Assembly: GCA_040876265.1 (NCBI GenBank)
Contig: JBBDPN010000002.1
Span: forward strand, 236,330-300,329
Reading direction: 5' to 3'
DNA length: 64,000 nucleotides
Origin: Candidatus Woykebacteria bacterium
GTDB lineage: Bacteria; Patescibacteriota; Microgenomatia; Woykebacterales; RBG-16-39-9b
How positions within the stretch are numbered: the stretch's first letter is position 1; each line of letters starts with the position of its first letter. Below are positions 1 through 8,413 of this stretch, piece after piece. The notes below the pieces were generated by a model, which was not told where the DNA came from, did no database searches, and saw nothing but the letters and a program-made list of their open reading frames with translations. Made by a program: the position numbers and the translations under genes.

Positions 1-219
1 GAATTGAACGGTCTGGGTCTAAAAGTCGAACTACTTGGCGCCACTAAAGGAGCAAAAGAAGAGGAGCCCAAAGATGAAGAGGCAAAGGACGTAGAGCACC
101 AAGCGAAAGAGTTAGCACAGGCAGCAGGCGAAGAGGAGGTAATAAAAGGCGAGGAAATGAGAAAAGAATTCGAGATAGTCCAGGCCCAGCCACAAGAGGA
201 AGGGAAAACAAATGAGTGA
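1..219 (+). CDS. rpoB: DNA-directed RNA polymerase beta subunit, C-terminal fragment (gene continues upstream of window)
   Basis: Frame +1 is open from nt 1. ...ELNGLGLKVELLG followed by an acidic/KE-rich tail is typical of the beta C-terminus. Its stop overlaps the rpoC start (ATGAGTGA). Confidence 0.6.
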   Translation, partial: ELNGLGLKVELLGATKGAKEEEPKDEEAKDVEHQAKELAQAAGEEEVIKGEEMRKEFEIVQAQPQEEGKTNE

Positions 220-3200
220 AGTGCGTGATTTTGAAGCATTGAGAATAGTTTTAGCCGCCCCGGACGATATAAAGAGTTGGTCTTACGGTGAAGTTACAAA
301 ACCGGAAACCATCAATTACCGCACGTTCAAGCCTGAAAAAGATGGTTTGTTTGACGAAAAAATTTTTGGCCCAACCAAGGATTGGGAGTGTTACTGCGGC
401 AAATACAAGCGAATAAGGTACAGAGGAGTTATTTGTGATAAATGTGGAGTTGAAGTAACCCAGTCGAAAGTAAGGCGCGAAAGGATTGGCCACATAAAAC
501 TGGCTGCTCCCACGGCCCACGTTTGGTTTTTTAAAGGTACACCATCAAAACTCTCTCAGTTACTCGATATAACCCCAAGGTATCTTGAGGCGGTTGTGTA
601 TTTCGCAAACTATTTGGTGATTGATATTGACGAGGAAAAAAGAAAGAAAGCCTTGGAAGATCTGAAAGAGTCCTTTAAAAAGCAAGCCGAAGGATTAAAA
701 AAGCAATACAAGAAGAGCCAGGGTGAGGTTGATAAGTCTCTTAAGGAGGAGATTAAAAAGACAGCCGTCAAAAATAAAGAACAAAAAGAACTTATCACCG
801 AAGAACTAGAGCTAAAGGCAAAATCTCGCCGCGCGTCTCTAAAAGAAGAGGAACAAAACGAGCTCGCCAAGCTCAAAGAACTCGAAAAGGCCGCTAGTGA
901 AAAGGTCAAATTGATAAAGAAACTCTCCGTGATTGCCGAAGATGAGTATCACAAACTGGCGACCTACAGTGCAACATCGTTTATGAAGGTTGGAATGGGT
1001 GCCGAGGCTATCCTCGAAGTCTTAAAGGATATAGACCTGGTGAAATTGTCAGTAGGTTTGCGTGAAGATGTCCAAAACTCTTCCGGCCAAAAACAACTCA
1101 AAGCTACGAAGAGATTGCGAGTCGTTGAGGGTTTCAGACAAGCCGGAATAAAACCAGAGTGGATGGTTCTTGACCTTTTACCGGTAATACCACCGGATCT
1201 ACGACCGATGGTTCAACTTTCAGGCGGACGCTTTGCCACCAGTGATTTAAATGATTTGTACAGACGCGTTATAAATAGAAATAACCGACTTAAAAGACTG
1301 ACAGATCTTGGCGCCCCAGAAATTATTTTGAGGAATGAAAAGAGGATGCTTCAAGAAGCAGTCGACGCATTGATTGATTCCACCCAAAGGCCCTCGCCAA
1401 CAAGAGCAGGTGCCCAGGTGCTCCGCTCATTATCAGACATGCTCAAGGGTAAACAAGGAAGATTCCGCCAAAACCTCTTAGGGAAGAGAGTTGATTACTC
1501 GGGGCGGAGCGTAATAGTGGTGGCTCCAAACGCAAAGTTAAATGAGTGTTTGGTGCCAAAAGAAATGGCTCTTGAGCTGTTTAAACCCTACGTGCTACGG
1601 GAATTAATTTTTCAAGGTTACGCACCAAACGTAAAAAGCGCTAAGCATGTTTTTGAAAGGCGAGACACAGAGGTCTGGGATATTTTAGAGGCAATTACAA
1701 AAAACCATCCCGTTCTTTTAAATCGAGCCCCAACTCTTCACCGGCTGGGTTTCCAAGCATTTTACCCAGTGCTCACCGAAGGTAACGCCATTGGTATTCA
1801 CCCCTCTGTTTGTGCCGGCTACGGGGCCGATTTTGATGGTGATCAGATGGCAATACACGTTCCCCTGGCAAAGGCTGCTCAGGATGAAGCAATTAATTTG
1901 ATGATGGCGACTAACAATCTACTCCGCCCCGCAGACGGTGAGCCAATCATGACGCCGAACAGAGATGTCTTTCTAGGACTTTACTATTTGACACAGTTGA
2001 AGGAGGGCTCCAAGGAAAAAACTTTCCAAGAAGACGAAGCAGTAAGAGCTTACTATTTAGGCCAAATAGCTTTGCTTGAAAAGATCAAAATGTTCTGGCG
2101 AGGGGAAGTAATTGAAACCACCGCCGGTCGAATATTTTTCAACCAAGCTCTCCCAGAAGAAATGCGGTTTATAAACAAAGTAATTAGAGGTTCGGACATA
2201 AAAAATATCATGACGATCTGCCAAAACCAATTTGGTCCAGAGAAAACAGTGGATCTCATCGACGCTCTCAAAAATTTAGGCTTTGGCTACTCGACTATTT
2301 CTGGAATTTCCCTTTCTATTACCGACGCGCAGGTAATACCTGAGAAGCAGAAGTTGATAGAGGAAGCCGATGCGAAGGTAGAAGTTATCGAAAAAAACTT
2401 CCGACGAGGTCTCATCACCGCTGTTGAAAAAGCTAGGCTATCCGAAGAAATTTGGTCCAATTTAACCGCCAAAATAGACGATCTCACGTTAGAAAGAATG
2501 GATAAAAACAATTCGTTACGGATGATTCAAGAATCCGGCGCTCGTGGTAGCCGAGATCAGATAAAACAACTAGCTGGTATGCGTGGTCTTGTTGCTGACC
2601 CACTGGGGAGAATAGTTGAATTGCCAAGTAAAGGTAATTTCCGTGAGGGGTTGGAAGTTTATGAATACTTTACTTCAACCCGAGGCGCCAGAAAAGGGTT
2701 GGTGGATAAAGCTCTCAAGACCGCCGACGCCGGTTACCTAACTAGAAGGCTAGTTGACGTGGCTCACGACGTTATAGTAAGGGAAGAAGACTGCAAAACA
2801 ACAAACGGCATCGAATTTTTCCGAAATGAGGAGAGAACCACTTCGTTTGCCAACCAAATTGCCGGGCGCACTAGCCTGAAAGCAATAAAAAGCGGAGTGG
2901 TCAAAGCCAACGAGATTATCACTGAAGAAGCAGCCGAAAAAATCGAGAAGTTAAAGCCCACAAGTATCTGGATCCGCTCGACCCTTACTTGCGAATCCAA
3001 ATACGGTGTGTGCCAGGCCTGTTACGGTGTAGATTTAGGTGTTAATAAACAGGTGAAAATTGGTACCCCGGTTGGTGTAATTGCAGCCCAGTCCATTGGT
3101 GAACCTGGAACCCAGCTGACGATGAGAACTTTCCACCTTGGTGGTATTGTTGGTTTGGATATTACTCAAGGGTTGCCTCGTGTTGACGAGATTTTTGAAG

Positions 3201-3967
3201 CTAGAAATCCAAAAACGCCGGCCGTAATGACCGAAATCGCTGGAAAGGTTGAGATTGTTGAGGAAGGTGAAGAAAGGAAGGTAAAAGTCAAAGGATTTGA
3301 TAAAAAATCAAAAATAGAAAAAGAATACGTGATACCGGTAGCCAGCGAACTTATGGTAAAAACCGGAGACACTGTCGAAGCCGGAGCACCTTTAACCGGT
3401 GGACATCTTGATTTGAAACTCCTGCTGGAAACTAAGGGGTTGCGAGCAGTGCAACAATATATTATTTCGGAGTTGCAAAGAGTTTATGAGTCTCAAGGAG
3501 CGCCTATTAATGATAAACATTTCGAGACGATCGTTCGCAAGATGAGTGAAAAGGTCCGCGTGCAGCAATCTGGCGATACCAATTTACTTCCAGGAGAATT
3601 AATTGATCGAGTAAGATTTTCCATAGAAAATGCTAAGGTTTTGGCTGAGGGTGGCGAGCCAGCCACCGCCTCAGTTGTTCTCCTAGGTATTACTAGAGCC
3701 GCCCTTTACACTGAGTCTGTACTTTCTGCCGCCAGTTTCCAGGAAACAACCTCGGTTCTTACCGACGCTGCGACCAGCGGTAAGATCGATTACCTGCGAG
3801 GTTTGAAAGAGAACGTGATTATTGGCCGGCTGATCCCCACTGGTGAGCGCGCTCGAATCAACGGAAAAGGTGGCGTGGAGAAGAAAGAAGAAGGAAAAGT
3901 TGTTGCAGCGGAAGAGATGGAAGTAAAGGTCCCAGAAATCAAAGCACAAGCACCACAACCGGCGTAA
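212..3967 (+). CDS. rpoC: DNA-directed RNA polymerase beta' subunit
   Basis: 1251 aa. Zn-finger CYCGKYKRIRYRGVICDKCGVEV, NADFDGDQMA catalytic motif, RFATSDLNDLYRRVINRNNRLKRL. Contains a long lysine-rich coiled-coil insertion (about aa 130-330). Confidence 0.97.
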   Translation: MSEVRDFEALRIVLAAPDDIKSWSYGEVTKPETINYRTFKPEKDGLFDEKIFGPTKDWECYCGKYKRIRYRGVICDKCGVEVTQSKVRRERIGHIKLAAPTAHVWFFKGTPSKLSQLLDITPRYLEAVVYFANYLVIDIDEEKRKKALEDLKESFKKQAEGLKKQYKKSQGEVDKSLKEEIKKTAVKNKEQKELITEELELKAKSRRASLKEEEQNELAKLKELEKAASEKVKLIKKLSVIAEDEYHKLATYSATSFMKVGMGAEAILEVLKDIDLVKLSVGLREDVQNSSGQKQLKATKRLRVVEGFRQAGIKPEWMVLDLLPVIPPDLRPMVQLSGGRFATSDLNDLYRRVINRNNRLKRLTDLGAPEIILRNEKRMLQEAVDALIDSTQRPSPTRAGAQVLRSLSDMLKGKQGRFRQNLLGKRVDYSGRSVIVVAPNAKLNECLVPKEMALELFKPYVLRELIFQGYAPNVKSAKHVFERRDTEVWDILEAITKNHPVLLNRAPTLHRLGFQAFYPVLTEGNAIGIHPSVCAGYGADFDGDQMAIHVPLAKAAQDEAINLMMATNNLLRPADGEPIMTPNRDVFLGLYYLTQLKEGSKEKTFQEDEAVRAYYLGQIALLEKIKMFWRGEVIETTAGRIFFNQALPEEMRFINKVIRGSDIKNIMTICQNQFGPEKTVDLIDALKNLGFGYSTISGISLSITDAQVIPEKQKLIEEADAKVEVIEKNFRRGLITAVEKARLSEEIWSNLTAKIDDLTLERMDKNNSLRMIQESGARGSRDQIKQLAGMRGLVADPLGRIVELPSKGNFREGLEVYEYFTSTRGARKGLVDKALKTADAGYLTRRLVDVAHDVIVREEDCKTTNGIEFFRNEERTTSFANQIAGRTSLKAIKSGVVKANEIITEEAAEKIEKLKPTSIWIRSTLTCESKYGVCQACYGVDLGVNKQVKIGTPVGVIAAQSIGEPGTQLTMRTFHLGGIVGLDITQGLPRVDEIFEARNPKTPAVMTEIAGKVEIVEEGEERKVKVKGFDKKSKIEKEYVIPVASELMVKTGDTVEAGAPLTGGHLDLKLLLETKGLRAVQQYIISELQRVYESQGAPINDKHFETIVRKMSEKVRVQQSGDTNLLPGELIDRVRFSIENAKVLAEGGEPATASVVLLGITRAALYTESVLSAASFQETTSVLTDAATSGKIDYLRGLKENVIIGRLIPTGERARINGKGGVEKKEEGKVVAAEEMEVKVPEIKAQAPQPA

Positions 3968-4040
3968 AACTCACGGCCGCCTAACCTCAGAGTAAATTCT
4001 ATTTAATTCTTTCTGATTTAATTTTTTCGTATTTTCTATA

Positions 4041-4070
4041 TTGACACGACGCATTAAATTGCTCTAGAGT
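4041..4070 (+). promoter_or_regulatory. Candidate sigma70 promoter (TTGACA, 18 nt spacer, TAGAGT) upstream of the TasA-like gene
   Basis: TTGACA at 4041-4046 and TAGAGT at 4065-4070. Located in the AT-rich intergenic region after rpoC. Confidence 0.3.
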
Positions 4071-4168
4071 GTAAGTGAATTCTTCTGCCCGCGTTTAGTT
4101 TTTCTGCCCAAGTAAAAATTAAATTTATATTATGAGCCTGCTGTCTGCTCCGACCTAGAGAAATATTT

Positions 4169-4201
4169 GCTGTACCCAAACAGGGTGCAGCTTTTTGTTT
4201 T
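4169..4201 (+). terminator. Rho-independent terminator-like hairpin (9 bp stem, GCTGTACCC/GGGTGCAGC) followed by TTTTTGTTTTG
   Basis: GC-rich stem plus T-run, about 200 nt downstream of the rpoC stop and about 25 nt upstream of the SD for the next gene. May act as rpoC terminator or attenuator. Confidence 0.45.
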
Positions 4202-4226
4202 GTAAATCTGAGAGGAGGTGAAAAAA

Positions 4227-5063
4227 ATGCTCGAAAGAGTCGATAAAAAGAAAATTATAACCAGTCTCATAACCCTTGTCGCTGCTGGGGCGCTTCTCGT
4301 TGGTGCTACCATCGCCTTCTTCACTGATCAAGAAACTAGCCAAGACAACGTCTTTGCAGCGGGATCGCTGGATCTAAAAGTGGACTATGATTGTTACTAC
4401 AATAAAATAGCCGATGACGACCCAAATTGTCCTTGGGATGATTCTTCGTGGGAAGAAACAGACTTGGGACCACAACACAAATTCTTCAACTTCAACGATA
4501 TTAAACCAGGCGACTTTGGTGAAGGCACTATTAGCCTTCATGTGTACAACAATGATGCCTGGGGAAGATTGGTGATTAGTGATGTTCAAGATCTAGAAAA
4601 TACTTACCTTCAGGCTGAACTAGATGCAGGGGATGCTGGGGTACCTGATGGAGAACTTCGCGAAAATCTCGGTTTCAGAATTTGGTTAGATCAGGGACAA
4701 ACTGTAGGATTTCAAGGCACAGAAGATGAAGGTGAAGGTGACAACATCTGGCAGCAGGGAGATGAACCAGTATTAGTAACCCAAGGTACGGTTGACCTTG
4801 GTGGTGAAACGCACAATATATGGCAGGGTCTTTCAGCTGTTTATGTAGCGGAAAGTTGTACAACAGTCGATGGAAACGCTGGAGGTGATTGTCCTGGTAT
4901 AGCACAAGATGGACGTCTAGTAGGTAGCGTTACTTATTACTTTGGTATTGATTGGGAACTTCCAGACACTGTCGGTAACGAAGTACAGACAGATAGTTTA
5001 AGTGCAGATATGACATTTGAAGTTGTACAGCACAGAAACAACCCTGGCAAAACAGGGTTCTAA
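4227..5063 (+). CDS. TasA/camelysin-like (peptidase M73-like) secreted protein with SipW-cognate signal peptide
   Basis: Strong SD AGAGGAGGTG 7 nt before ATG 4227. N-terminal h-region then GATIAFFTDQETSQDNVFAAGSLDLKV, the A-F-F-[ST]-D-x-E-[TS] SipW-cognate motif, followed by N-x-F-x-AG-x-LDL. Internal NDIKPGD matches the TasA NLKPGD motif. Confidence 0.75.
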   Translation: MLERVDKKKIITSLITLVAAGALLVGATIAFFTDQETSQDNVFAAGSLDLKVDYDCYYNKIADDDPNCPWDDSSWEETDLGPQHKFFNFNDIKPGDFGEGTISLHVYNNDAWGRLVISDVQDLENTYLQAELDAGDAGVPDGELRENLGFRIWLDQGQTVGFQGTEDEGEGDNIWQQGDEPVLVTQGTVDLGGETHNIWQGLSAVYVAESCTTVDGNAGGDCPGIAQDGRLVGSVTYYFGIDWELPDTVGNEVQTDSLSADMTFEVVQHRNNPGKTGF

Positions 5064-5065
5064 AG

Positions 5066-5127
5066 TCCGAGGTTTGGAAACAGTAGGCCCCTTGGTGGAC
5101 CTAAATTTGCCCTAAGGGGCCTCGGAC
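5066..5127 (+). promoter_or_regulatory. GC-rich compound stem-loop between TasA-like gene and sipW
   Basis: GTCCGAGG (5066-5073) pairs with CCTCGGAC (5120-5127). AGGCCCCTT (5085-5093) pairs with AAGGGGCCT (5114-5122). No T-run follows. Candidate intra-operon attenuator or stability element. Confidence 0.35.
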
Positions 5128-5148
5128 CCGCCTTCGCTGAAGCTATGG

Positions 5149-6327
5149 GTGGGTAAACTTCGAAGAGAGGTGGTAGTGATAGTAATAAACATATTGAAAT
5201 ACTTTGCCGTTGTAGCATTTGTACTGCTGGCAATAGTAGCCCTTGCTGCGAACGTGAAATTACCACAAGGCTACAATCTATATGTAGTCCAAAGCGGTAG
5301 TATGGAACCCCAGATCGGGGTGGGTTCGGTAGTGCTTACCAAACCAACTGCTGATTTTGTCGCCCCCATGCAAACACCGAGATTTATTCGGGGTGATGTC
5401 ATCACCTTTTCAGCGGGCGATTCATTGGTTAGTCACAGAGTGATCGAAACTGTGGAAGAAGAGCGCCAATTTTTCTATAAAACACGCGGCGACGCCAACG
5501 AAGAAGCTGATAAAAATCTTGTTGCAGAAGAAAACGTAGTTGGAAAGGTGTACCTGACTGCTCCTCATGTTGGCCGATTTGTCAGTTTTGCTAAACAACC
5601 TCTTGGTTATTTTCTGATGATTTTTATTCCTTCTGTTTACGTAATTATCTCCGAAGCTTGGGCAATAATTTCCGAATTGCGAAAGGTTCGCAGGAAAATC
5701 CCGGCAACTAGCGCCGCTTTACCAATTGCGTTGGTTTTTGCAGGAAGCCTTTATCTTGTCGGTAGCACAGCTGCTTTTTTCTCTGATACAGAGACAAGCA
5801 CAGGCAACATTTTCCAAGCAGCCGATTCTTTTTGTGAAAAAGGTACACTCTTTATGATTGGAGATCAGGAATCCAGCCAACTTGATAATCCGGTTGATGA
5901 ACTCAACTGGCCTGGTGCATTTGGGATATTTCCCGCCTTCCCAGACCCGTTTGTAGTTGGTACAAATCTTGATAGCGAATTTCCTTACAACTCCAATTTT
6001 AGCAACGGTTACGCTACTGACTTCGATGTAAATTTCGAATTTACCAGCGGTAGCACAGCTGATGCGCGACTTATGTTTTCTTGGGGGCCTGGACGTTCAG
6101 GAACGGAGGAAAAAGAAGTGTTTCTGGATGCGGGAAGTATCTTTACTGTCACAAGGACAGGGGCTTCCGTTGCCGGTTGGTCGGAAGATATGCAAAGATT
6201 TGAGGAAACAGCTGATTTTTCGCTGAGTCCTGGAAGTCACGCCCTAAATTTCCAACATTTAAGCGGTAACGGTACAATTTGGGATTTTGTGAAAGTAGAG
6301 ATACTAGACTGTAATCCACAGGAATAA
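5149..6327 (+). CDS. sipW: SipW-type (archaeal/ER-type, S26B) signal peptidase fused in frame to a secreted domain carrying its own SipW-cognate signal peptide
   Basis: GTG start. N-terminal TM, then VVQSGSMEPQIGVGSVVLTKP...GDVITF...SHRVIE...TRGDANEEAD, which aligns with B. subtilis SipW including the catalytic Ser in SGSMEP, then a C-terminal TM. With no stop codon it continues RKVRRK-IPATSAALPIALVFAGSLYLVGSTAAFFSDTETSTGNIFQAAD plus about 190 aa of unknown domain. Confidence 0.8.
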   Translation: MGKLRREVVVIVINILKYFAVVAFVLLAIVALAANVKLPQGYNLYVVQSGSMEPQIGVGSVVLTKPTADFVAPMQTPRFIRGDVITFSAGDSLVSHRVIETVEEERQFFYKTRGDANEEADKNLVAEENVVGKVYLTAPHVGRFVSFAKQPLGYFLMIFIPSVYVIISEAWAIISELRKVRRKIPATSAALPIALVFAGSLYLVGSTAAFFSDTETSTGNIFQAADSFCEKGTLFMIGDQESSQLDNPVDELNWPGAFGIFPAFPDPFVVGTNLDSEFPYNSNFSNGYATDFDVNFEFTSGSTADARLMFSWGPGRSGTEEKEVFLDAGSIFTVTRTGASVAGWSEDMQRFEETADFSLSPGSHALNFQHLSGNGTIWDFVKVEILDCNPQE

Positions 6328-6331
6328 ATCA

Positions 6332-7375
6332 ATGAAAAAGAAACGAAAGTTGATAAAAATAGCTTCACTTTCCCTGGCGATTGCAGTCGCGGTTTGGGCA
6401 AACGGTGGTTTATCTTTTTCTTTGAACAATACAGCCTATGCAGTTGGTGATCTTTCTATTGACTGGGGAGTACCGAGCGGCGACCCTATCTTTGTGATAA
6501 GTGATTTCAAGCCAGGCGATATGGAAAGTAGACCTGTTTTGGTAACAAACGGTGGGGCTGGTATTCGGCCTGTTGGAGTAAGAGGCGAAAAAACCAGTGA
6601 AATCGGTGAACTTGCGACAGTATTAGACTTTATTATTTCTGAAAATGGAACCGATCTTTACGGTGGTACCAGTGCCACCGGGCCAAAGAGTCTGCAAGAT
6701 TTCTTTGATGAAACAGTTGGTATGAACAGCATCTTTTTGTCGGATCTAGGACCAAGTGATTCAACTGCCTATACTTTTAAGGCTACTTTTGATGAGGCGG
6801 CCGGCAATGAGTTTCAAGAAAACGAGGTTGTTTTTGACATAATCATTGGAATTTCGGTAGAAGTACCGGAAGAATGTGGCGATATTGAATTTGACGGCGA
6901 CCCTATCTTTGGGACGTCCTCAGGCGATAGTATAAATGGAACCAATGGTAACGACTTGATTTTCGGTTTGGAGGGAGGAGATTCTATAAATGGTCGAGGT
7001 GGGGATGATTGCATTGTCGGCGGTGACGAAGGCGATGGGTTGAGAGGAAACAGCGGAAATGATGTTATTTTGGGCGGAGCTGGTGGTGATTCACTCAGGG
7101 GAAACGACGGTAATGATAAGCTTTTTGGCGGTAGTGAGGGTGACAGCCTAAGGGGAGGAAACGGCGAAGATTTACTTGATGGAGGTACTGGTAGCGATAG
7201 CCTGCGGGGTGGAAACGATAATGATGTGCTGTTTGGTAGAGAAGGAGCCGATTCTCTCCGAGGCGGAAATGGAGATGATTATCTGGATGGAGGTCCAGGT
7301 CAAGATGGATTACGTGGAGGTGCCGGTTTCGATACCTGTATAGATGGTGAAAGTGTAAAAGGCTGCGAACCCTAA
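6332..7375 (+). CDS. Secreted protein with TasA-like N-domain and C-terminal RTX-type calcium-binding repeats
   Basis: Sec signal peptide MKKKRKLIKIASLSLAIAVAVWA. ISDFKPGDMESRPVLVTNGG matches the TasA KPGD motif. C-terminal half is tandem GGxGxDxLx nonapeptides (GGAGGDSLRGNDGNDKLFGGSEGDSLRGGNGEDLLDGG...). Confidence 0.8.
   Translation: MKKKRKLIKIASLSLAIAVAVWANGGLSFSLNNTAYAVGDLSIDWGVPSGDPIFVISDFKPGDMESRPVLVTNGGAGIRPVGVRGEKTSEIGELATVLDFIISENGTDLYGGTSATGPKSLQDFFDETVGMNSIFLSDLGPSDSTAYTFKATFDEAAGNEFQENEVVFDIIIGISVEVPEECGDIEFDGDPIFGTSSGDSINGTNGNDLIFGLEGGDSINGRGGDDCIVGGDEGDGLRGNSGNDVILGGAGGDSLRGNDGNDKLFGGSEGDSLRGGNGEDLLDGGTGSDSLRGGNDNDVLFGREGADSLRGGNGDDYLDGGPGQDGLRGGAGFDTCIDGESVKGCEP
6944..7337 (+). 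repeat. Tandem 27/54-nt coding repeats encoding RTX nonapeptide (GGxGxDxLx) units
   Basis: At least 12 consecutive nonapeptide units in the translation. Periodic ggtg(g/a)tga...ctg/ttt DNA pattern. Confidence 0.6.
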
Positions 7376-7384
7376 CACCTGTGG

Positions 7385-7416
7385 TTGACAGGGACGGACC
7401 CTGTCAAACTGTCAAA
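7385..7416 (+). promoter_or_regulatory. Perfect 9-bp inverted repeat TTGACAGGG-N5-CCCTGTCAA followed by tandem CTGTCAAA CTGTCAAA
   Basis: Sits immediately after the RTX gene stop and before the 7455 membrane-protein gene. No T-run, so it looks more like an operator than a terminator. Contains a TTGACA -35-like hexamer. Confidence 0.35.
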
Positions 7417-7454
7417 GGTTGCAATCAAGCCTTTGTTTGTTAATAATATAAATA

Positions 7455-8315
7455 ATGCGGGGTTTGTTAGCAGTACTTGTTTTCCTTTTCTTTGGCCTCA
7501 CCTTTCCCATAGCAGTCTTTACTTACGCTGTTACTACAGTTGTAAACCCTTCCTACGTAAAATCCCAACTTGGGAATTCCGAAATTTATGAAGTAGCCGC
7601 TGATCAGATTCCAAATCTTATTGATAGAGAGGAGGAACACGATGAGAAGCGAGTGAAAGATCCGACCGAAGAGAAGTTTAAAAAAATAATACTTCAGGAA
7701 GTTGACGGAAAATATCTGCAGAGTAAAGTCGAGCCTTTTGTAGACGATACTTTTTCGTGGCTCGCAAGAGAGCGACAAGAGCCACCACAAATTAGTTTTG
7801 CCGATTTAGCGGAAAGAGCTGAAAAATTGGTAAAACAACCACTGCCAACTGATATAGAGAAGACACTCTCCGAGCCCTTTAAACTTGAGCCAGATAATGC
7901 CAACGCAATAAAAGATTGGTACAGATGGTTTACGCTGACACCACTTATCTTTGGTATCATCAGCGTCCTACTTCTAGTGGGGTTGTTTTTATTAGTAAAG
8001 GGATGGAGATCGAGATTGAGAAGAGTAGCGCTAGCTATCTTTCTGCCCACATTTTTTGGGTTTTTGGGGGTTGGTGTGGGTTTGTTCCTGGGAAGGATAC
8101 TCTCTGGTATTGCTAGTGGGTTGGTAGCCGATTCACGCCTGCCCGATTTGCAGGTACCAGTAGAAGAGATAGTTGTGAGTATTTCAGAAGATATAACTAG
8201 AACTTTACTAATTATTTACGCGGTCGCCCTGGTGGTAGCAATTATCCTATTTATTTCCTCGTTTTTTGTAGACAGGGAGTCCAGACTTTCTAAAGAGGCA
8301 GTTGATAAAAAGTAA
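7455..8315 (+). CDS. Hypothetical membrane protein (N-terminal TM, acidic soluble domain, 3 C-terminal TMs)
   Basis: 286 aa ORF with hydrophobic segments. No recognised family. Confidence 0.45.
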   Translation: MRGLLAVLVFLFFGLTFPIAVFTYAVTTVVNPSYVKSQLGNSEIYEVAADQIPNLIDREEEHDEKRVKDPTEEKFKKIILQEVDGKYLQSKVEPFVDDTFSWLARERQEPPQISFADLAERAEKLVKQPLPTDIEKTLSEPFKLEPDNANAIKDWYRWFTLTPLIFGIISVLLLVGLFLLVKGWRSRLRRVALAIFLPTFFGFLGVGVGLFLGRILSGIASGLVADSRLPDLQVPVEEIVVSISEDITRTLLIIYAVALVVAIILFISSFFVDRESRLSKEAVDKK

Positions 8316-8413
8316 AGACGCGGTTTGGTCCCTCAAGCTATAATCGCAAGATTACCTGTCTGCCGACAGGCAGGCATCTCGCGCTTGTTTCTCTAGCGAG
8401 ATATAATTAAGCT

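Noticed and set aside
4218-4226. GTG at 4218 as start of the TasA-like gene (ORF-track start MKKM...)
   Set aside because: The GTG lies inside the SD (AGAGGAGGTG). The ATG at 4227 has ideal 7-nt spacing.
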